Source: Enoplolaimus lenunculus
Lineage: Eukaryota
Direction: 5' to 3'
Length of the DNA stretch: 64,000 nt
Assembly: GCA_030248215.1 (NCBI GenBank)
Contig: JASANG010001107.1
Span: 620,001 to 684,000, forward strand
Shown: positions 22,615 to 34,400 of the stretch, one piece after another
Numbering within the stretch: the stretch's first letter is position 1
Layout of the letters: every line of letters begins with the position of its first letter
Made by a program: the position numbers and the translations under genes
The notes under the pieces: model-generated
Told to the model about the DNA's origin: nothing
Databases searched by the model: none
The model's input: only the letters and a program-made list of their open reading frames with translations

Positions 22615-25219
22615 AGCGTAAAAAATCTCGAACTGTTTTTCTAGAGTAATGTAATTACCGCAAACAGCGGTTGACGAATTTTAAACTACATATTTGTAAT
22701 TTCTGATTCTTTTAATATATGCTTTCCTGACCAATGTTCAAAATTCTCAGGTTTCAGAATAGTGTAAAAGTTGAAGATTAGGGTTTTGCTTTAGGATTAG
22801 GATTAATCTATAGATTGACTTACAAGCTTATGGGAGGAAGTTTACAAGGAGTGTATTACAGTTTCTCACAAATGATAAACGATGTACACCGATTTTATAA
22901 ACTTAACGAACTATGGGCAGTATCAAACTGAACATATTATGGATTGATACTCCAAAAAATCAAGTTCACGTACACCGATATTCGAACCTGGCTGGAAAAA
23001 ATGACCGTAAACGATCATAAAAATTGTCGGGATTCAAAATTATTCTGTTTCATACAAAAATAAGGCTTCATTTTAATGGTACAAGTTTCAATTACTGTCT
23101 GTAACGCAAGACATTTTCAACTTAACTGCATATGAAACCGGGCTCGTAGCCAAGAGGGGCATGAAGCTTAGCCTCACTGGGAAAATTTTGGCCCCGTCTA
23201 GAAAAGTTTCAACCTTGCTTGTAAAGTCAAAGAAAACACTTCTACGCCCCGACCAAAAGATTTTAGCCCCCCAAGCAAGGTGAGATGGCTACAGGCCTCT
23301 GTAGAAAACCCGTGTTTGCAATGAAGTATGCTAAGCTTTAGGTACGGAAAAAATACAAAATTACAACAGGCAAACCATTTTTTATACTCAAAAATAATTT
23401 ACACAATTGTATACTGAATCTTCCAAAGCACAAAGACGATTTATTAGAAGGACAGCATAAACAAAGATCGAAGCCAAAATTAATTAGTATGTTCTGATTT
23501 TCGAGATATGGGCACAACTCAGCTTCCAACAGGAATAAATCTGTGTTTTTACGCCACGGTATATATGCTTGGCGCTATACTTATTTGCGGCACCAAAATT
23601 AAAGAAATTTTACATGAACCCACACTTAGCCATCGAAGATTTAAATTTTTTAAATATATACTATTGGACAGCGATGAAAACACATTGTTTGTCTATTGAT
23701 TTCACTTAGCTTGTCTTCTGTATTTTAACATTGTAATCGCCAAATATAATAACACATGTTCCACTACTTAGACAGCAGCGTAACCACAATTTTATTTCGT
23801 TTTGTTAACGAGCCAGAAAAATGTTACGTACTCTAAAATCCAGCAGGTCAGAGTCCAAAACCTGTAAATTTGGTTTTTTAAAGGTTATCCAAAAATGTTG
23901 AGAGAAATATATCTTCTATCCTCATTCTATACGCCCTTGTACCCTGAATGCGCTGTGCTAAATGAATGGTACTAAACATCACCTGTTATATAATGCAAAC
24001 TCGATAACAGGATCATTTGTCAACGGCCAAACGAGTAGTGCAGACGTGAACTGTGGATGAACATTTGGAATTTAGGGAATCGTCAGCAAAGAGTGAAATA
24101 ACCGAAATAAAATTTACAACTTATCATCAAATTCAAGATTTTTATGGACACAAGCAAACGTCAAGCTTTGGGTTTAACTCAGGACAGTCGTGAAAGCGTT
24201 CCGTTAATGATGGAACAGCTGCGCTTTGATAAATAATTTGAGGTTTTTAACTGAAGATTGAATGTTACCGCAAAACAGTAGGCGTGATATTAATTGAGTC
24301 GTTTGATCTGAATACAGTATTTGTTATGCTAATTTTTAGAAACAGATTATTGTTTTGCTTTTAAACACCCAATTCTACGTAAAAGTTCCTATTACTATAG
24401 GTTTCAACTTATGCTTAATATAATATACGTAATGTGAAATTGAGCTATATATTAGCTCATTAATAAATGAAGATTGATCAGGATTCAATAAGCGGGTGCC
24501 GGAGAGGCCGGCTCTCTAAGTCTTTGCTAGCATATAAGCCCACTGCTGTTGAATCCGGATCCGGTGTGGTGGGTTTGATTTCCGGCAACACTTTCAATTT
24601 GGTAGATTTGAATTTTTGGAGCTAAGAGTATTAGCAATTGTGAAGTTGTGTGTTACTATGCTTTTGTTTAGCTTGAAATATTAATATGGCAGTTTGCTGG
24701 CAATTTTATTCCGACAAGCACGGAAGCAGTGTGAGCTTTTGCCCTGATCGGCCCACAAATTTGGACCTATAGGTGTTCGTTTTGGTTTCAAACAACCATC
24801 GTTTGTCCAAAGAATTTTTAGTCTTTCGATTTTCACAAAAAGAAATTATACTTCATTACGTTTTTTGTTCCATTTCACCTTCCAATTTACTCCACCATTT
24901 CCGAAACTTATCACTATGTTTCGATTTCAATCCCCGTTCAAGTGCCCGAGTCAATTCCGTGATTTCGTCATTCTCCTCCTCCGATTCTTGGATAGACGTC
25001 GCTCTCGAGCGTGCTTGAGGCACCCCCGGCCTGCGACCTCTATCTTCTTCCACCACCTTTACACTATCCTGACTCATTGCTCCTGATCCTTGCACCTGGG
25101 TGGACGCCTGTTGACGCTGGAGCCCATGCCCCATGGACATGCGCTGTTCCAGCGACCAATTTGCCAACGGCTCTGTTTTAAATGGGTCATTTTTGCACGT
25201 TCTGTTTACTTGCTACAAT

Positions 25220-25548
25220 CAAGAGTGGATTATCACTCTTTATAACAGGAGTGTGCAACTGGGTACATTCTGTGCATTAAAGAATGTTCCCGGCACGCGT
25301 TGCGTTTTTGGCCTACCCCCTTGTTTAGGGGGTCTGTATGCAGTTTTATAAACGCTGGCAGCGAACCTTATAGTTGACCCCCTTAAATGAGGGGAATAGG
25401 TGTACTGAAGCATACTAAGAATCTCTTGCTTAAACCCCCCTGATTGAGGGGAATCGACCAAAAATGCAACGCGTGCGGGTACATTTAGTACCATGCACAG
25501 CCCAAGCAGTTGCACACTCTTCTGCAAGGTGGACATCATCCACTCTTG
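25220..25548. mobile_element. 329-bp foldback insertion with 7-bp TSD
   Basis: CTACAAT at 25213-25219 and 25549-25555; termini CAAGAGTGGAT...ATCCACTCTTG; imperfect inverted arms of about 93 bp. Confidence 0.75.
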
Positions 25549-25925
25549 CTACAATAGAGAAACATTTTGTTTTTTTGAACACTTTTCCTACAATGTATAT
25601 ATAAGTTTTTTACACGGTAATATATCTTTTGTCTGTTGTTGCTTGCTTGCTTGCATATTAAGTCATGGTCCTAATTTTGCGATTGCTGTGCAGTTCACGT
25701 CATCAGCGGTAATTGTATGTTTGCGATTGAAACAGTTGCTACCCTTTGGGATGATTTGCCCACCTAGAGGCAGCTCCAACAAAACCTATCACCATATCAG
25801 TTTAAAAATATTTTACACTTTCGGAATAGTTTAGGTTAAACGTCCCGTTAATCGTTTTCATACATTTGTGTTCTCGTTCGCTTCGCTCGTTCGATTTCGT
25901 CCTCCAATACATATTTAGTCTCCAC

Positions 25926-26139
25926 GGCCCATTTAAAGATCCGGGGCGGAGAGTTTTTCTATGGGACTAGAATATAGTAAGCTTAAGGTTTAGACTAATT
26001 TATTTGCTTGGCTTAGGCTTAGGCTTAGGCTTAGACTTAGGAATATGCTCATTCTTACGCTTAGGCTTAGGCTTAGGTTTAGCCTTAGGCTTAGGAATAT
26101 GCTTATAATACTGTTCCGCCCCAGTTCTTTACATTGGCC
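25926..26139 (+). mobile_element. TTAGGC-containing MITE family T1
   Basis: GGCCCATTTAAAGA...TCTTTACATTGGCC; 8-bp TSD GTCTCCAC (25918-25925) / GTCTCCGC (26140-26147); two internal TTAGGC arrays. Confidence 0.8.
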
Positions 26140-26452
26140 GTCTCCGCTTTCGTAGCCACACGTTTTTGGAGCATATTAATATGAACCACTGGATTGTTTG
26201 AGGGCCCTCGAATACCATGGCCGCGTCGCCGTCTGCCTGTTACGCGTAAAACCAACAGCATTAGCAATAATCATAACGGCTCTTGTACTCTCCATCCCAC
26301 TCGCTTAGGTTTTGAAAAAACTTACCTAGGCTAGACCTTTTCCTAAGCCTTTGCCTATGCCTAAACCTAAGCCGTAATCTTAAATTTAGGGAGGAAAATG
26401 TTCAAGAGAATTCACAACTGCGAGTATAAAACTGCAATAGGGATATAAAATC

Positions 26453-26652
26453 GTATGTAGAACAGGGCCGGAACGTTTTCCTGCAGGGTTGTAATTGTGT
26501 CAACTTAAGCTTTAGACAAACTTTTTTGTTTAGGCTAAGGCTTAGGCTTAGGAATACGCTCATCCTTACGCTTAGGCTTAGGCTAAGCTTAGGCGTAGGC
26601 TTAGTAATATGCGTATACTACAACTGTTCCTGCCCTGTTCTACACATGGGCC
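26453..26652 (+). mobile_element. TTAGGC-containing MITE family T1
   Basis: ATGTAGAACAGGGCCGGAAC...GTTCCTGCCCTGTTCTACACATGGGCC; two TTAGGC arrays separated by the same GAATA-GCTCAT-CTTACGC spacer. Confidence 0.75.
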
Positions 26653-28747
26653 GAATCAACGATTATATGCCTATAGTTTTACAAATTTACTGTAAGTACA
26701 GTATCAAACATATTCCGCCTGCTACTGAACAAAGGGGTTTCAGGAAAATATACTTTTATATTTTTTTACATTTCGGTCATTTTACTACAGGTTACGCACA
26801 AAAGAAGCAGGTCCGCAACCAGGAATTGTTAGCACTGGTGGCAGGTAAATTTACAGGGCCAAAACAAACTTTGCTAACCTAGTGATTGTTTTAATGCTGT
26901 GTATAAGGTTTTCGGCTAACAAGCGACGAAGCTGTTCGTATGGTGACCGGTGTCCCCTTTGATTTCGCTTCTAATTGCTGCCCAGGAAATAAATGTTGTT
27001 GCCGCTAGGCACATTTGTGGGCGAAACTGCGGAAGACAAAAAAAGACAAAATATATAGTTTCGAAACTGCCTCGTTTTGGTTGACAGTTGAAAAATTATA
27101 ATACCTTACTTATTTTAATATCTCGCTTTTAAAACTGTTGTAATTAGGTCCCACATGTTCTATTGTATGATTAGAAAAAATGCCACAGTAGTCAATGTTA
27201 CTTTGAGGGGAGTAACAGCAGTATATTATAGGCATGTTCGTAGACCTAGGCCTAAGTCTAGGTGTGAACAGAAAACTAGTCAGAACCTTAAGTTTAGTTT
27301 TTATTAGAATCTCAAAGGAAAAACGATGCGCCTTTCAAAGAACTTAACATTTGCCGCAACAGCTGGGAAAACTTGGTATTCCGGCCAGTGGCGGAGCAGG
27401 CAGGGGCGGGGGCTCTCCCCAAATTCCACGGTGGGGGCCCCAAACTCGTGAGCGTAAAGCCAGACGCATTTCAAAACTTAAGCGGTTTTTGTTCAACCGG
27501 TTAGAGTGGGGGCCTAACTACGCTTTAAAGTTTCGAACTCAAATTATTTGGTCCTGGAGTCATTTATGTGCTACAATTAGGGTTCATTGACAATTATGAA
27601 CTTTAATTAGGGTTTAGAGACTATCCGCTTACGGACTCTTATTAGGGATACGGACTCCTATTGATTCGCACCCAAAATGGGGACCCTACTCTTATTACCC
27701 CCTCTTATTCGGGTCAATACAGTACGCTGAGTGTGTGTCGTTGGTTTACATGAAATTATTGGCATAAAACTTAATTGAAACAATACCAAAATTACGCAAA
27801 CCGTTACCACGCACAGTGTATTTGTCTTGGTTGCTCGAGCAATGCAAACTTGTACAGTTCCTATTATTATTGTTTCAGTTGAATGGTAGGAAATCATCAA
27901 AATTTCTGATTTGCAGATCAAGTAATGCAAACTGTAAACCAAAGTTGTGTTCAGTAAAACAAGTCTAAAAGTTTATGGTGTAATTTCAACATTAAAATTT
28001 AACAATGACGGCTTGCTATTGTTATGCAACTCCATGTTATTTAGAGAGATTGAGAAGCGTAGGCTTGAAGTTAAGTTTAGGGTTAGATTTAGGCTTAAGT
28101 TTAGTACGCAGACTATAATAGTTAACATGGGCCGTTAGAGATATGTGTGAGCCTAAACAGGTACCTAATCCAAAGCACGATTACGCATTCATCCTAATTA
28201 TAACATGAGCTGAAAATAAACACAAAAATAGTGATAATTTTTTTAAATTTACCAACTAAAATATTGCATTTTTTGCATATAAACTATAGAGTTTGCAATA
28301 ATGCTTGTTCGGAGACAGAAAGGAGCAATGGCCGGGGCCAAACCATAAGAAAAGATTTGCATTCGTACTGAAAAAGTCTCAGCTTGCTTTGTAAGCAATT
28401 CCTAAATGTCTGTTTACTCCTCTAACATTTTGAACTGGCTACGAGCGTGATAAAATCTCAAATAGCTTATTGAAATAATTTTTTTCTATGTTGTGCTGCG
28501 CTAAAATTAGGAATGATCACTTTTTCAAATGCAATTCGTATATTTTTGAGCCCATGTTACTTTGAGGTGTGTACTGTTTTTCCGCAGGACTCCAATATAA
28601 GCGTAAGTTTTAGGCTATTTTTTGCCTTGGCTCAAGCATTCAGGCATATTAACATGGTTAATACAGTACTATTACGTTCCTCAAAGTAACACTGTCCTAT
28701 ACAAATTTTAACTATTTTCAAAAAATTGTAAAATGCTGAAAGCAACT

Positions 28748-31447
28748 TTAATTGAAAATTTTAAGCTCAACCTTTTTGCCATCGAAGCTTTGCCGCCGAT
28801 ACCAGTTTAAGTTTGAACGAGGTATCATTCCATTTGGAAGCTCAAATGAAGGAACTCGTGAAGAAACCTCAGCTGATAACCGTTTTCCTTGTTTTGCCCG
28901 CTTTCCAATTTGTTCTATCGTGTCAGTCGGTTTCACAGCACTTGAAAAATGTGTTAATTGAGCGCTAGCTATGTATTTCGCTTGAGGTTTCGGTTGTTCA
29001 TACTCGCTTCCGTATTGTTTTACAGCAATGAATCGAGAATGACCGCCTCCAGACGATGATATACTGTCGTAGGTGTCCTTAGGCACTGTCCCAACTCGAA
29101 ACTGGCAAGAGTTATTATCTTGTCGAGGATCCACCGGCTTGGACCAACGATGCCGCTTGCATCGCGTTACAACTTTCCAAAACAACGCTATCACCGGCAT
29201 TATAAACGTCGCTTTGAGCTCGTTTCGAAATTCGTGTCCAAACGTAACGTACACGGTAAAATTGGCCGCCGAATTAATCAACGTCAAAACGTTGACTAAA
29301 TCTTTACCAAAGCTATAAAAATCCGGATGTGTACCCAGATAATTGCTGGCAAACTGTTCCATAATTGTTAATACAAAATCTGGCAAATTGCAAACTAAAA
29401 ATACGGTTACTACAATTAATAGAACGACATTTGCTTCGCGACGCTTTGCACGAATAACTCGAGATTCAATTCGATTTCTGATTGGATCAAATGAATGCGT
29501 TGACATATTGTGAAGCGCAGCAAGCGGGGATGTAGGTAGTGAGAGGCGTCGGCCATGGGCGGCGCAAGGCGGCTCACACCGGTGCCGGCCGTTTGAACAC
29601 GCCTTGACTATTAGAGGCCTGTTTTGCGACTTTATCGTGTCGCTCATAACGCGGCCTGTTTTGCCGTTGTGTGTTGGTAATTTTGACCACACATCCTCGC
29701 CACTTTTTTCTGATGGTGTTGTATCGCTGGATATTACAGAACGATTTGAAACAAGCCGCGGGGGGCTGTGAATGTCAGGATCAGAGCTTGCGTATATGAA
29801 GCGTGGTGGGGGCTGAAGGTAACGGCCGGACGATGACGAACTTAAACAGTCGAGTTCAAGCGGGTATAGAGATGTAACTTCTGCGGACATTGGGGTTTCC
29901 GGAGTGCTTGCTCGTTGCGGTTGTTGCTGCTGTTGTTGTTGTTGTAGTTGTGGTGGTGGTGGTTGTTGTTGTTGTTGGTGGTGGTGGTGTTGTTGTTGGT
30001 GGTGGTGTTGTTGTTGTTGTTGTTGTTGTTGTTCTTGTTCTTGTTCTTGTTCTTGTTGTTGCTGTTGTTGTGGCGGTGGTTGTGGTGGTGGTGGTTCTCT
30101 GATTATATTGCCAATCCCATTGGGTTGAGTGCCAAAGACAAGGCCGAAATCACTACTGTAACATGTACAGGTATCGATAACTTTGGGATCGCAATGGAGT
30201 TCGGTTTTACACGAATTACCATTCCGCTCAGGAACCGCCATACACGAGCCCTTGTTACCTAATGACGGTATTAAATCGTAAGCTGTTGAGCTCAAAGATA
30301 GGCATTGTGTTTGCGCACTGTCTCCTGATACAACCGCATTTGGCAAATTTAGAGGATTTTCCAATATTGAAACGTTTTCCAATCCGCTGCCTACGGCGTA
30401 CGGACGGCCACCGCCGTTTCTAGGCCTCGGCCTGTATGAACGCCCTGTAGGACTGCGTCCTGCGCGATATTTTCGCGTTAGCCGGCGGGCTAGCACTGTA
30501 CTAGTAAACATGTCACGTGTACGCTTTGCTGTGTTAAACTCTTCAGTACGAAAATACATTGGCATATTTGACCCGTTCGCGGACTGTTGTAAATTACCGG
30601 CCATTTTATAAGTAATAATAATATTCAATATGAGCAACAGGCAAAATGGAATAAAAATAACAAGCAGAGACGAAAGCCATATAGTGTGAACAAGCTTATA
30701 CGTTGGATCTTCAGCAAAAAGTGACATATACAGTACGTAGCGGCCAAACCCGGGACACCAAGGTTGAGTGATGATTCCAATTTCGAAATATTTCGGCAGC
30801 GTAAACGCAAAACAACAAACAAATATACCGATCGACCATAAAAGTGACGCACGCACTGAGCATACGAGCTGAGTTGCCCCCGGGATCGCAACTGATATAC
30901 TACGCTCAATTGTTGCCGCAACTGTCATATAGACTGCTCCAACTTGAAATAAATGTGATATAAAGAACACTTCTCGCAAATATGATACCCATATCTTGTA
31001 AAGTGCTGCATTTTGATGGTAATCGTATAAAATTTCAATTGTATAAATTAGTATTCCAGTAATAAGTACGCCAATATCACAAATTGCAAGCATTGCTAAA
31101 AACACATTGTTTGCATTACGCATTCGCGGCCGTAAAAATATTGTAATCGCCATTGCACTACCGGCCACACCATACGCGCACAAAATTGGCGAAAATACCA
31201 CTAAAACAACGAATTTTGTTTGAATATTATCAGTTGGATAATAAGTACACGATGATACATTTTGCTGATCGCCGCTCATGTTTTGAGACGTCAAACTCGC
31301 GGATTGGTTAAAGGCAGCGACAAATAGTGAATGACTATTACTCGATGATGCGATAGCTAGTGAATTATTGTTAGTTTTGGCGCCAAAATATTCAGCAACA
31401 ATTGATGATGGTAGCGTAGCAGTAGCTTCTAGCGGTTCAGGTGCCAT
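28748..31447 (-). CDS. Class A (rhodopsin-like) neuropeptide GPCR, FMRFamide-receptor-like, 899 aa, single uninterrupted ORF
   Basis: Seven hydrophobic segments; IFLRPRMRNANNVFLAMLAICD (ICL1/TM2), YMTVAATIERS (TM3), FTLPKYFE (TM4), IFIPFCLLLILN (TM5), VFLVCNLP (TM6), LINSAANFTVY (TM7); N-terminal N-glycosylation sequons. Confidence 0.93.
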   Translation of the reverse strand: MAPEPLEATATLPSSIVAEYFGAKTNNNSLAIASSSNSHSLFVAAFNQSASLTSQNMSGDQQNVSSCTYYPTDNIQTKFVVLVVFSPILCAYGVAGSAMAITIFLRPRMRNANNVFLAMLAICDIGVLITGILIYTIEILYDYHQNAALYKIWVSYLREVFFISHLFQVGAVYMTVAATIERSISVAIPGATQLVCSVRASLLWSIGIFVCCFAFTLPKYFEIGIITQPWCPGFGRYVLYMSLFAEDPTYKLVHTIWLSSLLVIFIPFCLLLILNIIITYKMAGNLQQSANGSNMPMYFRTEEFNTAKRTRDMFTSTVLARRLTRKYRAGRSPTGRSYRPRPRNGGGRPYAVGSGLENVSILENPLNLPNAVVSGDSAQTQCLSLSSTAYDLIPSLGNKGSCMAVPERNGNSCKTELHCDPKVIDTCTCYSSDFGLVFGTQPNGIGNIIREPPPPQPPPQQQQQQEQEQEQEQQQQQQQQHHHQQQHHHHQQQQQPPPPQLQQQQQQQQPQRASTPETPMSAEVTSLYPLELDCLSSSSSGRYLQPPPRFIYASSDPDIHSPPRLVSNRSVISSDTTPSEKSGEDVWSKLPTHNGKTGRVMSDTIKSQNRPLIVKACSNGRHRCEPPCAAHGRRLSLPTSPLAALHNMSTHSFDPIRNRIESRVIRAKRREANVVLLIVVTVFLVCNLPDFVLTIMEQFASNYLGTHPDFYSFGKDLVNVLTLINSAANFTVYVTFGHEFRNELKATFIMPVIALFWKVVTRCKRHRWSKPVDPRQDNNSCQFRVGTVPKDTYDSISSSGGGHSRFIAVKQYGSEYEQPKPQAKYIASAQLTHFSSAVKPTDTIEQIGKRAKQGKRLSAEVSSRVPSFELPNGMIPRSNLNWYRRQSFDGKKVELKIFN
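29918..30095 (-). repeat. Coding trinucleotide/hexanucleotide repeat (CAA/CAC/CCA, CAAGAA) encoding poly-P, poly-Q, (QE)n and poly-H
   Basis: (TTG)n, (TGG)n and (TTCTTG)n on the plus strand, in frame within the GPCR. Confidence 0.9.
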
Positions 31448-34400
31448 TACGTGAACGTTTACGTCAGACGGATAAACATTTAAATTTTATAGGAAACCTA
31501 GAATATGGTTTAGTATTTTGTCCTAAAATCAAGTAATAAATAACAAAATTGGTGATCATAAAATCTGTCACTGCATTCTCAACCGTGTATAGAACGTATC
31601 GTATGGTAAGTAATAGGTTTTGAAGCAAATAAGCTGCAGATATCAGAATCAGGTAGGGATACAGCACACAATAAGGTAAAAGAAGGGGAAAATTACAAAA
31701 CAAGTCGTCCATTCTATCTTAATCTGGCGATACGACTGAAGATCGGCGCGATGTGAAAACTAACAATCGCTGTAAACCATTTTCGGTACAAATTTATACA
31801 AGGAATTGCTAAACTGAAATGCTTAATTTGTAAACAAGACTAATGCCATGTCTTGCGTTAAAACCATGTCAACCAATTCTCACATAGAGTAGATTATGAG
31901 CAACTAATATGTCAAACTGTATGCAACAGCTGAAATTTATGGTTAGTGTCTATATGTCTCTAAGCTTAAACTTGTAACTCAGTTTAAAGCTTATGCTGTT
32001 TCGGCTGTTTTAGTCTAAGTTTTTAGTGTGACTGAACTAACTTGTAGCTTACGCTTTAACTCATTTGAAGTTTCAATCACTTCTAGTCAGAACCAAACTT
32101 AATTGAATTTTGATACGTTTTCGACTAAACCTACATGCCTAATACTCGTTGATCTCTTGGCAGTTAAATTCTGTAATTTTTAAGTCAATCAATAATTTCT
32201 GCGCTGCACCTATATATAACACAAACCAGAAATAAGATTAACTTAGACTCGGGTTCAATTAAAAATATTTTAATTAAAGTTACATTTAAAATTCTAGTTT
32301 AGTTGGAAAAGCCAACCAGCAATTTAAGCTTTACTTATCTAATTTTCAAGTTTATTTTATGTTTAAGTTTTTAGGGGTAGGTATACAGATTAAAACATTG
32401 GCAAAATTACAGCTGCTGCAGCTGATTTAGAATTTTCCTCCAATGAACCATAGTTACACGTTACAATCCACTCAATTTCTTATACTCCATTTTTCTAATT
32501 CAACACATATACGGTTCGAAATATTGGTGCCAGAAATTGCGTTTATAATATGACCAGAACTCTCGCAACGCATGGAGTGAAAGCTCTAGATTTTAAAATG
32601 GTTCACCTGTCAAGTATTTATTGGTTTTACTATAAATTATTTTATGCTCTCACGATTGGTATGTATGCGAAAAACTGTTCCGTCAACTACAAGAACAGTG
32701 TACCAAGTTTCGGTCTGCAACAACTGCAGGGAAAATCTAAAAAGTTATGGCGTTATAAAGGTGTCGTATCGAACAGGTGCGGAGATTGGATTCCTTCTCG
32801 GGGTGTACAACATTTATCTTTGTTCTAACCTATACAATCCAGCAAATTATTATAGTGTCTAAAAGTATTGTCGTCTGTTCAAAAGTTTATGAGAGCGATA
32901 TATTCCGCTACTCATTCTGTTGTATACCACCCTAGCGATGGGCGACAAAAAGGTTTGTTTGTCAGCGTTTTATTATCCTTGGTCCTGCTTTGAAGTCAAA
33001 TTTGAAAGAGATGGAAGTGCGCAAAAGTTGCGAAATGTTAAACCTAAGAAGTGAACTCACGCTTAAAGTGAGCTATACATTGTGGCAAGCTCGTTTTTTG
33101 ACATTTTGTCGTTAAAGTGGTTAAACGAGGAATATTTTAAATATAAAGCTGAAGGTAATCTTTAGGGTCATCTTTAGTATGTCGAACCAACCAACAGAGG
33201 GAGTTCTATCTATGTATTTTTTTGGTCACCGCGCTCAAGGCATTAATTTAATTTGTATGCCACAGTTTAGTTTTGAATGAGTTTGTTTAGGAGAATATGT
33301 GAAACCGTACGACAACCATCACCTTCCAACACAGGTAGAATAGCGAAGGACAACCTAGTGAGCAAAGTGAGCAATATTAAGGTATACGCATATCAGCATT
33401 CCGGGTTTGTTTGTTAGAATTTGTTACGGTGCGACCCTGTTCAGGGTGAGGTCCTCGCAATTAAGAGAATAGGTTGGCTGTTGCTTTGACCTTGCTCATA
33501 TATAGAGATTCGGCATTTAATTTTACTGCTGTTAACGCAAGAAAACAATTTGCAATCGGGATATAAAAAAACTTTCGCGTCAAAAATTACAGAAAATCAT
33601 TCAGAAGATGCTCTACCTGCTGGTGAGTGTTGTTCGAGTGAAAATGAATCGAGAAAGCTTTGCTTAACAGTATTCAACCGACGGTCCCCCTCCTGGTCTC
33701 AGCAATATCAGTAGTGAAGTTTTTCGCACTTTTCAAAATTAGTGTCCTTTAATGACGTTGTTTGTGATTTTGAGGCAATATTGAATGCTTTACTTGTAGA
33801 AATTTCTCAAAAAGGCAGCTTAAAACAAGTTTTTGACAAGATATTTCAAATTATTGTTATAAGACTACGCAAATTTAACATTTTTTACCAAATTTCGTTT
33901 TACTTTGGACTCCGATTAGGACACCAGCAGAATTTGTTGACCTTTAGCTTCGGCTTTGATTCCGATTTTGTCACGTCAAGTCGCACCCTGGTGCAGACAT
34001 AATTAAACGATTACATCATAAATCGTAAACTTGGTTCATTCAGAAATTATGTGTACTTTTAGCACAGGTGATGGCGTAAACAAATCCATTCGCTGCAATG
34101 AATTAAGAATATAAATTTTAGACTGTTAAAAATCAAACAACTATAAGATCATCGATATTTTGTATATTTAGCGTTCTATCTTTCACCGAAAGCGCAGCTT
34201 AATTCGTTACTGATTAACAGCAAAACAACTGTTTGAATTTTGATTTTGGAAGACTTGAAAAGTGAAAACGAAAGAAAAACGGTTGCCGCTGCCGATAAAA
34301 ACGAACTTATTCTATAAATAGATATTTAAAATTATTAAATCATATATATCTTAAGGCAACTTTAGCATTGCGAACCATATATAGAAATAAATTTATTCAC

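Noticed and set aside
24660..24860. Possible BEL/Pao protease-like relic (VQICGP...ASVLVG)
   Set aside because: No catalytic D(S/T)G motif, several stops, and no LTR or other retroelement domain.
25960..26620. True telomere or chromosome end
   Set aside because: The arrays are short, interrupted and enclosed by TIRs, so they are interstitial and element-borne.
26526..26882. ORF with RLRLRL repeats (also 54281-54505)
   Set aside because: Translation of TTAGGC repeats in MITEs.
29890..30262. Poly-V, poly-C and poly-L ORFs on the plus strand
   Set aside because: Antisense shadows of the GPCR poly-Q/H/P tract.
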